Shown here: positions 11,968 through 23,500 of the stretch, piece by piece
Numbering within the stretch: the stretch's first letter is position 1
How the letters are laid out: every line of letters begins with the position of its first letter
From: Octopus sinensis
Lineage: Eukaryota
Length of the DNA: 64,000 bases
Direction: 5' to 3'
Assembly: GCF_006345805.1 (NCBI RefSeq)
Contig: NC_043000.1
Coordinates: forward strand, 23,870,001-23,934,000
The notes under the pieces: model-generated
Databases searched by the model: none
The model's input: only the letters and a program-made list of their open reading frames with translations
What the model was told of the DNA's origin: nothing
Translations under genes and position numbers: made by a program

Positions 11968-12670
11968 CACAGTAAATTCAAACACAAAAGAGATACCCAA
12001 AGAATAGGATATCTGGCTCACTAGAAAGCCACTAATTGTTGTAATTCCAAAAGTGATTGAAAAATAAAAACTTTTACCTTAATCCTAGACCCTGCAAGAA
12101 AATCGGCAATTTATTCATTTACTGCCAGTTGAGTTCCACATTTGCGCGGTGGATTCAAAAAATTAGAACCTATAGACACGTGGCAGGTTATTTATCGCTC
12201 CGTGTGTATGTGTTCAGTCCTGGCAACCTACTGAAGAAGCAGCACCAGATATAAACTGAAATTATTATATTTCAATCTGTATTTAAGTCTGCAGAAACCT
12301 TGTAGGGTCTAGGATTAAGGTAAAAGTTTTTATTTTTCAATCACTTTCGGAATTACAATTAGTGGCTTGGAGTTTAACTGCTCTTTCTAGTGAGTCAGAT
12401 ATCCTATTCATTGGGTATCTCTTGTGTTTGAATGTACACTGTATTTTTCTATGAATAATATATAGTCTATTGACTAATTTTTTCTTTCTCGCTACACCAC
12501 TGGTAACTAAGAATTTTTTCGATAAATATTCTTGCTGCCCTAAGATTTTAATTAATGACAAACACAGTAAACGATAAGAAAACCTGAGTTTCTCTACCTT
12601 GGCACATTGTATAACTGATATAATGTTAAATATGGCAGGGAACATTTGTTTATGTTGCACAAGATACACA
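11968..12670. mobile_element. Probable Penelope-like element remnant with an inverted duplication
   Basis: Inverted arms ~11968-12100 and ~12298-12441; minus ORF 12337-12669 contains FKHKRYPMNRISDSLERA, resembling the PLE RT C-terminal GYP..I...L.RA motif; decayed CTGAAGA...GAAA motif in the spacer. Confidence 0.45.
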
Positions 12671-13333
12671 AGGACAGCTGTTAAATGCTGTTTCTGACAT
12701 CATAAAAACTACTTTGATATTCTTAACATTGGGACTGCCATGTCTTTGGAGCCACATTCCTGGAAATAACACCTATGAATTCCACAGCTCCAGGCACCAA
12801 GCTTTAATCAAAGATAGGTCTTGTAAAGCAGAAAAAAAAAAGAAAAGCAGTGTTGAAAGCTAGAAGTGAAGAAGACATTACAAGCAACAGTTGTCAGCTG
12901 TCTCAAGCAACCGTCTTTGATATTAGCTTACTTATATATTGTGTAGACATGTCAAAACTACATTTTATGTTGTATTAAAAACTGCACACAAAAACTAAAT
13001 CAAACTCGCATCTCTATCAATAGATTTTCATTCTTCTTAATCCCAAAACTGATCATTCTGCTGCCAAAAAATGACCAGCATTTCTTTACACTTCTTTAAA
13101 TATTCCTTAAAAGCTTGCATATCTACTTTGTCCACTTGATCATATATTTATTTATTTATTTTTATTCAGTTGAAAATTAATTTTGTAGAAAATTTCCAAA
13201 TTTTTCTTCTCACCAAACTGATTTTCCCCCCTTTTTTTCCCCTCTCCCTCACTCACTCACTCTGGTTCCTTTCTCTCTTCCACTTTGTTTTTTTTTTTCT
13301 TCCCTTCTCTTATTGTCATTCTTCCTCTACTCC

Positions 13334-13370
<37 letters not shown>

Positions 13371-14225
13371 GCACACACATTCACTCATTCACTCACACAC
13401 TGTTAACAAAACAGAACTTGAATTTCATTGTTGAAATTAATGTGATATTAACTTTTACAACCAATATAATATGGTTGAATATTTTTGATGATTGTAAAAA
13501 TGTCACTTCATTAAAAAGAATTAAATTTTACTTGTGTTGTTTTTTATTTATTTCTCTCTTTCCCAAATACACACTTTATTAAAGCTAAACTAATAAAGAA
13601 TTGTTCCAACAGAATGTTTTGAAATGCATCACAACCCACTTTCCATTCCTAAATTAACAGATTTTTCCTCACCATCCACATACATCATCATTATTGTTTA
13701 ACGTCCGCTTTCCATGCTAGCATGGGTTGGATGATTTGACTGAGGACTGGTGAACCAGATGGGTGCACCAGGGTCCAATCTGATCTGGCAGAGTTTCTAC
13801 AGCTGGATGCCCTTCCTAATGCCAACCACTCCGAGAGTGTAGTGGGTGCTTCTACATGCCACTGGCACGAGGTGGTACTGGCAATGGCCACACTCAAATG
13901 GTGTTTTTATGTGCCACCTGCACAGGAGCCAGTCCAGCAGCACTGGCAATGACCTCGCTCAAATGTTTTTTCACATGCCAGTAAGGCGACACTGGTAATG
14001 GTGCTTTTTATGTGTCACACTCAAATGGTGCTTTTTACGTGCCACCGGTATGGAAGCCAGTTTGCTGCTCTGGCAACGATCATGCTTGGATGGTGCTCTT
14101 AGCACTCCACTAGCACGGATGCCAGTCATCGAATTTGATTTCGATTTTGTATGTATTCTTAACATTATCAAAATTGCATTAAAACAAGAACCCATTTTGC
14201 TTTCTCTTTACAGAAGCTCTAATAC

Positions 14226-14520
14226 GTGGTGTGTGTGGCTTAGTGGTTAGGGGATTCGGCTCATGATTGTAAGGTCATGAGTTCAATAACCAGTGGAGCA
14301 GTGTGTCTTTGAACAAGACACTTTGTTTCATGTTGCTTCAGTCCATTCAGCTGGCAAAAATGAGTTGTATCTATATTTCAAAGGACCAGCCTTGTGCTGA
14401 ATCTTCTTGAGAACTACATTAATGGTATGTGTGTTTGTTGAGTGCTCAGCCACTTGCATATTTATTTCATGAGCAGGTTGTTCTGTTTATCGGATCAACT
14501 GGAATCTTTGTCATAACCGA
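14226..14520 (+). mobile_element. tRNA-derived SINE family C
   Basis: A box tggcttagtggtt, B box gagttcaataa, CORE-like gtgtctttgaacaagacacttt; partial copies at ~3350-3490 and ~30760-30950. Confidence 0.7.
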
Positions 14521-14919
14521 CAGTCAGTTGCTCTTGTATACCCTGGAGCATCAGGCTGAGATCTCCATCCACTCATGAGCCTGCTCTCAGGCCCTTATTT
14601 GCTAGATCTTCCTTCACAGTCTTTAACTAGGTCTTCACTGAGCTGCCTTGCCTCCTATGCACCCCCACACCTTGGTTTCTAATTACAAGAGGCTCTCACT
14701 TGTCTTTTCACAGACATGTATAATACATAACCTAACATCTTCCCCTGCCTCACTGTTAGGGATATTCTGTAGCTAACACAACCCAGAATTTTCCATGATT
14801 TCTCCATTCGTGATGTGGTCATCATCAATGTCTTAATATCCATTTTTTCATGTTTGCATGCATCAGATACAATTTGTTGAGGTAAATTTCCTACAGCTGA
14901 ATGCTGCCCTCACTAAGGA

Positions 14920-16330
14920 TCATCCTCAGCCCCCTTTTGTTCATCATAGTCCTCCAGGCAATAACAGAGGAATTTAAGACAGGCTGCCCCTAGGAGCTCC
15001 TCAATGCTGATGACCTTGTTCTTATAGCTGAATCACTAGAGAAGTTTCAGGTATGGAAGCAAGGTCTAGAATTGAAGGGCCTTAGAGTTAACCTAACAAA
15101 GACCAAAGTCTTGGTAAGTAGGAAGGCAGATCAATTACAAATCCCTCCAGGTAGATGGCCCTACTCAGAAAAGGAGTAGGTAGAAATTCCATAAGATGTA
15201 CCCAGTGTAAGCTATGGACATATAAGAAATGCAGCAATATCAAGAAGGTTAACAGGGAAAAATAGCTTTTGTGTGTGGAAGATGCATGGGTACAATAAAC
15301 ACTGAAAATGCACAGAAAATAAACTCCATCAACTTCCAGGAGAATAAGCTAGAAGTAGTAGATAACTTCTGTTATCTAGGTGACCAAGTTAGTAGCAGAG
15401 GTGGATGCTCTGAGAGTGTAGCTGTAAGAGTAAGAATAGGCTGAGCAAAGTTCAAAGAACTGCTACCTCTTCTTGCAACAAAGGGCTTCCCCAACAGAGT
15501 GAAAGGCTGATTGTATGATGCCTGTGTGCAAACAGCTATGCTACACGGCAGTGAAACATGGGATGTGACAGCTGAGGGCATGCATTGGCTTGAAAGAAAT
15601 GAAACCAGTATACTTCACTGGATGTGCAATGTCAGTATGCATGTTCAACAGAGTGTAAGTATCTTGAGAGAAAAGTTGGGCATAAGAGGCATCAGATGTG
15701 GTGTAAAAGAGAGATGACTGCATTGGTATGGTCATGTGATGTGTATGGATGACGACAGCTGTGTAAAGAATTGCTGATCTCTAATTGTGGAGGGAACTTG
15801 TGGTGGAAGTAGACATGGGATGAGGTAGTGAAGCATAATCTTCAAACTTTGGGCCTCACAGAGGCAATGACTAGTGACCAGGATCTTTGGTGATATGCTG
15901 TGCATTAAGAAGACCCATCAAGCCAAGTGAAATCATATTTATGGCTGATACTGATGGCATGTAACTGGCAGCCATGCTGGTGGCACATAAAAAGCACCTT
16001 TCAAGCATTGGGCCACATGGAGGCAAAGTGGCATGTGAAAACTTTCTTTTGAGTGTTGAGCCTCACAGAGGCAATGACAAATGATCAAGACCTTTGGTAT
16101 TACATTGTACTTGAGAAGAAGACCCATCAAGCCAAGTAAAATCGCAGTCATGGCAGATACTGGTGCCACACAAATGGCACCAGTGACTTGTAAAAGTATC
16201 CACTACATGTGGTTGGCGTTAGGAAGAGCATCCAGCTGTAGAAACCATGCTAAATCAGACTGGAGTCCAGTGCAGCCTTCCAGCTTGTCAGCATGGACAA
16301 TGGATGTTAAATAATGATGATGATGATGAT
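14920..16330 (+). mobile_element. 5'-truncated RTE LINE: RT C-terminal remnant, 3' UTR and (GAT)n tail
   Basis: Degenerate RT motifs from ~14925; ORF 15511-15717 YDACVQTAMLHGSETW...LREKLGIRGIRC; tail tgatgatgat at ~16315-16330. Confidence 0.9.
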
Positions 16331-16391
16331 TGTGTGTGCGTGTGTATATATATATATCAAATGAAATAAAAAACAGAACACAAAGGATGTC

Positions 16392-16486
16392 GCGGTACAC
16401 GTGTTTCAAGCTTTATAAAACAACTTATTCTTACATCAATGTATAATTGACATAAGAGATGGCTTAAAGCTCTCTTCAGCCGCATG
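16392..16486 (-). ncRNA. Type I hammerhead ribozyme, complete fold
   Basis: Minus strand: GCGG (stem I) CTGAAGA GAGCTTTA/TAAAGCTT (stem II, with an inner 12-bp hairpin) GAAA CACGTG T A CCGC (stem I'); predicted cleavage after GUA between 16396 and 16395. Confidence 0.75.
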
Positions 16487-16800
16487 CAATTGCTATACCA
16501 AAGACCTGTATCACATTATGAAAAGTCCGAAAAGGAACATTTGGTATTATCTATAATGGTAGGTATATTGAGTTTCACTGGGAAAGTATGTTTGTAAATC
16601 TTCATAATCAAATAGGTGTGCAGGATATTATTGGACTTCGAAAATCCGTCCATACTGTATCAATATATATATATATATATATATAAATATATATATGGTT
16701 AATCCAAACATGAAAACACAAAGAGAAAATACAACAACGTGAGGATGTGGAACAAGTATAGTGTTATTGGACGTTCAGGAAGGGAAAGAAAGAAGGAGGA

Positions 16801-16834
16801 TTTAACGTTTCGAGCGGAGCTCTTCATCAGAAAC
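16801..16834 (-). ncRNA. Minimal hammerhead-like motif, array unit 1
   Basis: GTTT CTGATGA A GAGC-TCC-GCTC GAAA CG TT AAAT; stem I weak (3 AU pairs plus one GU). Confidence 0.55.
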
Positions 16835-17042
16835 ATAGAAAAAGAAAAGATCCAAGAAAGGGAAGACGGAGGAAGAAAATTGCCAATGATACACACGTGG
16901 TCACATATTGAAATATATATATATATATATGTGTGTGTGCGTGTGTGTAAAGGGTAAAAATTATTAAAAATAATAATTTATACCAGTTGCCAATGTGCAT
17001 AAAAGTTGACTGTAGACTAAAATATTTTTTATACATATAAGT

Positions 17043-17219
17043 GTGTATCAAGTATACAGTGAGAAGAAAACCACTAAGTGGTCTCCGTATATTCTGAAAG
17101 GAGATAGCAAGTCCCTTAGCCACAAAAAGAATGTAACTTTCATGGTTTGAGGATTTGACATCTCCTTTCAGCTTGTAAGACCACTTAGTGGTTTTCCTCT
17201 TACTGTATACTTTATACAC
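17043..17219. mobile_element. Foldback/MITE-like element (also 17608-17784 and 18175-18351)
   Basis: ~60-bp inverted arms; outer 42 bp pair with 3 mismatches, inner 12 bp perfect. Confidence 0.8.
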
Positions 17220-17367
17220 CCTTATATATATATATATATTATATATATATATAATATATATATATGGTTAATCCAAACATGAAAACAAAGAGAAAATACA
17301 ACAACGTGAGGATGTGGAACAAGTATAGTGTTATTAGACGTTCAGGAAGGGAAAGAAAGAAGGAGGA

Positions 17368-17401
17368 TTTAACGTTTCGAGCGGAGCTCTTCATCAGAAA
17401 C
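17368..17401 (-). ncRNA. Minimal hammerhead-like motif, array unit 2
   Basis: Identical to the unit 1 motif. Confidence 0.55.
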
Positions 17402-17932
17402 ATAGAAAAAGAAAAGATCCAAGAAAGGGAAGACGGAGGAAGAAAATTGCCAATGATACACACGTGGTCACATATTGAAATATATATATATATATATGTG
17501 TGTGCGTGTGTGTAAAGGGTAAAAATTATTAAAAATAATAATTTATACCAGTTGCCAATGTGCATAAAAGTTGACTGTAGACTAAAATATTTTTTATACA
17601 TATAAGTGTGTATCAAGTATACAGTGAGAAGAAAACCACTAAGTGGTCTCCGTATATTCTGAAAGGAGATAGCAAGTCCCTTAGCCACAAAAAGAATGTA
17701 ACTTTCATGGTTTGAGGATTTGACATCTCCTTTCAGCTTGTAAGACCACTTAGTGGTTTTCCTCTTACTGTATACTTTATACACCCTTATATATATATAT
17801 ATATTATATATATATATAATATATATATATGGTTAATCCAAACATGAAAACAAAGAGAAAATACAACAACGTGAGGATGTGGAACAAGTATAGTGTTATT
17901 AGACGTTCAGGAAGGGAAAGAAAGAAGGAGGA

Positions 17933-17966
17933 TTTAACGTTTCGAGCGGAGCTCTTCATCAGAAAC
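17933..17966 (-). ncRNA. Minimal hammerhead-like motif, array unit 3
   Basis: Identical to the unit 1 motif. Confidence 0.55.
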
Positions 17967-18366
17967 ATAGAAAAAGAAAAGATCCAAGAAAGGGAAGACG
18001 GAGGAAGAAAATTGCCAATGATACACACGTGGTCACATATTGAAATATATATATATATATATATGTGTGTGCGTGTGTGTAAAGGGTAAAAATTATTAAA
18101 AATAATAATTTATACCAGTTGCCAATGTGCATAAAAGTTGACTGTAGACTAAAATATTTTTTATACATATAAGTGTGTATCAAGTATACAGTGAGAAGAA
18201 AACCACTAAGTGGTCTCCGTATATTCTGAAAGGAGATAGCAAGTCCCTTAGCCACAAAAAGAATGTAACTTTCATGGTTTGAGGATTTGACATCTCCTTT
18301 CAGCTTGTAAGACCACTTAGTGGTTTTCCTCTTACTGTATACTTTATACACCCTTATATATATATA

Positions 18367-18411
<45 letters not shown>

Positions 18412-19522
18412 ATATATATATGTATATTTGTATATACACACACCCATATATGTGTGTGTGGGTCTTTGTGTCTGTGTTTATCCTCACCACCACCATCACT
18501 TGGCAACTGGTGCCGGTTCTTTTACACCCCCATAACTTAGCAGTTCAGCAAAAGAAACTGATAGAATAAGTACTGGGTATTACAAAAAATAACAAGTACT
18601 GGAGTTGATCCATTTGATTAAAATTCTTCAAAATGGTGCCCTAGCATGGCCACAGTCTAATGACTGAAACAAGTAAAAGATAAAAGAAGAAAGGTCAGGT
18701 GACAAAAATCTTCCTTTACACTTCTCAGTGATCATTATTCTTACCAAGCAATCATGAATCCCACCCTTCATATATGTCCTTTTCTACTCTAGGCATGGAG
18801 GCAGAATTTGAACTCAGAATGTAAAGACAGACGAAATACCACTAAGCATTTTGCCCGGCTTGCTAACATTTCTGCCAGCTCGCTGTCTTGCCCTTCATAT
18901 ATATCCTTTCCTACTCTAGGCACAAGGCCCGAAATTTTGGGGGAGGATGCTAGTCGATTAGATCGATCCCGAAAGGATGAAAGGCAAATTCGACTTGGAC
19001 AGAATTTGAACTCAGAATTTAAAGACAGATGAAATACCACTAAGCATTTCACCCGGCATCCTAATGTTTCTGCCAGCTTGCCGCCTTACCCTTCATATAT
19101 ATCAAAATAGCTCTTATGTCACTTGCTAGGTTACTGATCATATATAATTAACTGAGACCATCATTGCACTGGCCAAGTACTCATCATTATCATCAGTGTT
19201 TTAACATCTATTTTTCCATGCTGGCATGAGTCAGATAAGATAATGTTGGGGTAGAGTTTTCTATGGCCAGGTGCTCTTCCTGATCCCAACCTTCACCTGT
19301 TTTCAAACAATGAACAGCCTGGACATGGTTAGGATGAGAACAGGAAACAAACAACATTAGTTGAATATTCATTTTGTTAGCAAAGATTGCGCAATGTGAC
19401 AACATATCAAGAAGCCAGAACATGCTTTTGCAGTGAAATGGAATCAAAAGACACTGCACTGTGGTGCCAGTGTATGCAACCAACAAACATGTGAAGAGGA
19501 AATAGGAACTCACACACACATG

Positions 19523-19558
<36 letters not shown>

Positions 19559-20459
19559 TGTATATAATCTGCTTGAAACTCTGCCTGATCAGATTGGAAT
19601 CTGGTGCAGCCATCTGATTCGCCAGCCCTCGGTCAAATCGTCCAACCCATGCTAGCATGGAAAGTCGGTGTTAAACGACAATGATGATGATGATGGTGAT
19701 GATGAGAGAGGTGGAGTAAAAGTGTGTGTGAGAGAGAGAGGAAAATGAGGAGTGTGAGTAGAGAAGAAAAAGTAGAGAAAAAGGTATAAGGCCAAATGCA
19801 TCATGTGATAAGTTTAAGGTAGAGGCATAGAGCGAGAGAAAAAAGAGAGAGAGAGATGTATTAATGATGTGCTGTTAGGTAGGGAGGGAAAGGTAAAGAG
19901 AAAGAGATATGTTTAGGATACAATGTTCAGGACACAACATACTGCTTTGTCCAGGAATTGAAGCCACAATCTTATGATTGTGAACTTTGTTCCCTAATCA
20001 CTAGACCATGCATCTTAGCTATTCAGAGAATGTCATGGCTGGAAGCAATCCTACCAACTTTTTGCTTATTTTTTCACTACTTGTCTTTGCTCTGATACTA
20101 TTCTCCTTATGAATTCTTCTAAGATAATACCATCTCTTTCGAAATGAGATGAACTTTTCAGGGACTGGGTAAATTATTGGTTTTATTCTTGCAATTAAGA
20201 AAATAAATAATGTTATCGATAATGAGTAAAACCTATTTTGCTTGATTTAATGTTTAAATTGGTAGGTATTCAACCAGTTTCAGAGAATGACTAGTTCAGT
20301 GTTTAAATAGTATTCTTGAAAAAAAACAAGATAGTTGTTTTAAATGATAATAGCGAGAACGCAATTAAATATTTAATTAAAAATATAAATAATTTTAAAA
20401 AAAAGGTAATAATTTTTATGTTTATATTTATGCAAATTATTACAAATATATTTATATGT

Positions 20460-20542
20460 TGAATAAGAAAAAAATAAATCTTGCCGCCCTGCAAGGGAGA
20501 TAACAAGGCCTGGCTTAGACCCAGCGTCTGTCTCATACCACC
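20460..20542 (+). promoter_or_regulatory. Probable HDAC11 promoter/5' UTR
   Basis: Repeat-free and locally GC/CpG-richer (cttgccgccctgcaagg...cccagcgtctg) directly before a strong Kozak context CCACCATGG. Confidence 0.5.
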
Positions 20543-20568
20543 ATGGAGGAAAACGATGAAACACAACG
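20543..20568 (+). CDS. HDAC11: HDAC11 first coding exon (MEENDETQ+CG)
   Basis: CCACC-ATG-G; donor CG|gtgaat; phase 2 matches the next exon (CG+T=Arg). Confidence 0.7.
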
Positions 20569-23500
20569 GTGAATATATTTATGTTCTTTATTATTTCCTC
20601 CGTCGTTTTAATTACTAAATTCATTTAGCTTTTGACATGAATGTTCCTCCCATCAGTTGAACTAGTGTTAAACTGTTAACATGTAGTCTTTTTTCTACAT
20701 ATCCAAGTTTATGTTTAGGTCGACAAACAATTTCAAAGCTCACACGATAATTTATTTTTTGGACATTTTCAGATATTTTTTTCTAATTTGTGATTCATTT
20801 AAATTTATGCAACCAGCAACGAAAATGTATCGAATTATTCGAATCATTTACGTATCTATAATTTCGTCATTGTGTCTGAAAAATCATCGTTCTCTCCTAC
20901 ATATAACAACCACCTGTAATTGTTTTGGTTTGTCAATTTCCCCCATCAATAAAACATCTCTATGGACCCACAACACAACACCTACATTTCTTTTACGTAG
21001 TCATCGCTTAATATAATAATCGTAGCTGGACATTTAGAGCACATGTTGACGAAGAATTAACCAACTCTTCTTCCTATTTCCTTATCTATACTGATATAAG
21101 ACCTGCGAATGCTTAATAAATACGATCTCTGTCACCGCTTTGTTGACGCAATTTTCTTATTTAGGGCAAGCTTTTGTGAAATATTTAACCATATTATACG
21201 CTCTAGATATTTTCCTGTGTTAGAACAATTTATTTGAAATATACTGATTTTTTTTTCTTTAATATTTGCGACATACCGTCGCCTTCTTAATACAAGACAC
21301 ACCAATATTTAGCTGGAGCCAAAAATGCAGTTGGTGGTTTGTTTTCTCCCTTAAATTAGCAACAACTTTTACCTGTTTATTACAAAATTTCTTTGATGTC
21401 TAAAAATTCACAATTACAAGCCAGTGGTTTGCTAACGAATAATTTCTTTGTAAATGAGTAACCACCCTGTTTCCATTAATTAAAATAGCTCCACCATTTG
21501 TCCTAAACTAGGTTAATGATAATATAAATTATATATTCCGAATGTTACTGCCATTCAGTTTGTTATTTAAAAACCGTATCGAATATTTTTATTTTACTTT
21601 ATAAGACACATCTGGTATTTCTTCCCTCACAATTCATCTCTAATTTTGTCCCTGCCTAACCTGTCATTTCATCACTGATTGCTTTTACTGACACCCCAAA
21701 AACGGTTATTATCGAGTGGCAGCAGCTATTTATTGCAACACTGCTGATGCTGGAGGTGGTGGTTGTTGTGTTTTTGCGTATCTAATCTAAACACGTGGGT
21801 AATAACTTCTCCGTGTCATTTCTTTTGAATCTTTTATCCATTCCATCATTGAGCAAACCAGTGCTCAAGATGGCTTCCATCCCATAATGCTCCTTCATCA
21901 TCATCGTTATCACAGTTGTCGTCGTCATCATTATCATTTAACTCTGTCTTTCTTGCTGGCATGGCTGGAGTGGTTCGATAGGATCCAATGAATGAAGTCT
22001 GCGTCGTGTTCCAACGTCTGCTTTGACATGGTTTCCACTGCTGGATGCCCTTCCTAACGCCAACCACTTTACACAGTGTACTAGATGATATAGATCTGTA
22101 CATATTTACAAGCACGCAAATAAACATTACATCATATCTTCTCTTTTAAGACGAATATGGCGTTATTTCTTTGTTTACTTTAGGTTTTTAAATTAACGCC
22201 TCGTCGAATTCAGCCTGGCCCATGTAAGGCATCGAAAAGGAGGACTTAACCATAAGTGTTTTCTTAGAAACAGTGTGGTCACTAACAAATTTCATCTCTC
22301 GAATTGACCAATATAAGGCATTTTCAAGATATTCTATTTTTAAGAGTTAATTTTATTCCATGATTTTAACAAAGTATATACCTTCCCTCTCTGAAATGTC
22401 ATCTTGCACACGCTGGAAGAGCAGTTACCCCAGGTTGGAACCCTTGGTCTAGTGTATTTAGTTGCCTGTCAGATCTCATTCTAAAAGTTTGTTTTGGCCT
22501 CATATAACACCTTGTATCCCAATTTCTGCCAAGATCTGTCTTGGTGAGCAGCTCCCATGGCTTGTACATTCTTTTATAAAAGGTCTACAATTTAGCACCA
22601 GCTTGTTTAGCTGTTGCTTCAGGCCTAGCCACTACACATTCTTCCTCATACTCTCCAGTAACCTTCAGGAAATTTGAAGACATCATTCCTTAAGGCTGAG
22701 GGATCAGCCAGCTTCATGTTCTTTAAGAAAAACTTGTCATGTATTGTTAGGAAAGCATGCTCATTATAGTTTTAATGCTCCTTTACAAACATTGTATTGA
22801 GGTCATACTTTGTCTATTCTCATGTATTGGTACAGCTTCCTAACCACATGGTTCAAGGTTCAGTCCCACTGCATGGTACCTAGGGCAAGTGCCTTCTACT
22901 ATAACCTTGGTCCAACCAAAGCCTTGTGAGTGGATTTGTTAGATGGAAACTGAAAGAAGCTCGTCATATATGTGTGTGTCTGTGTTTGTTCCTCCCTCCT
23001 GCCACTGCTTGACTACCAATGCTGGTGTGTTTATTTCCCCAGTAACTTAGTAGTTCAGCAAAAGAGACCAATAAAATAAATGCTAGTCTTACAAAGAATA
23101 TGTCCTAGGGTCGATTTCTTTAACTAGAACCCTTTAAGGCAGTGCTCCAGCATAGCCGCAGTCAAATGACTGAAACAAGTAAAAGAATAAAAGATTATGG
23201 TAAGTGGCCTCTTTTAAAAACTGTGACTTGTGTGACCATTCAATTTTGGAATTACTTGAGCTCTAATGCAATTCCAAATGGTAAACTTTTTAAAGTCAAA
23301 CTATCTTGAATAGCGTCAGTTTAGTTTATTCTTTGACCTCGGGGATTTGTCAGAAACCAATGTTAACATCTAGCTTGCTAAAGATCCAAGTATAAGCTAA
23401 CACAGCTAGTTGGTTCCATTGATGGCTGAATGTATTTCTCTTTGCACTCTGACTTACATAGTTATGTGAGATCAACATATGCTAGTTGATGATGTGATGC

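Larger units (their letters stand above)
16664..18420. repeat. Three tandem ~565-569-bp units separated by (TA)n
   Basis: ggttaatccaaac at 16697, 17266, 17831; units 2 and 3 differ only in microsatellite length, unit 1 additionally by a 2-nt indel and one substitution. Confidence 0.97.

Noticed and set aside
16699-18351. Repeated 65-181 aa ORFs in the tandem array
   Set aside because: Low-complexity frames running through (TA)n with no recognisable domain; repeated only because the DNA is triplicated.
16664-18420. CRISPR-like or prokaryotic repeat system
   Set aside because: Units are ~567 bp with no unique spacers and no cas genes; the window is intron-containing animal DNA.
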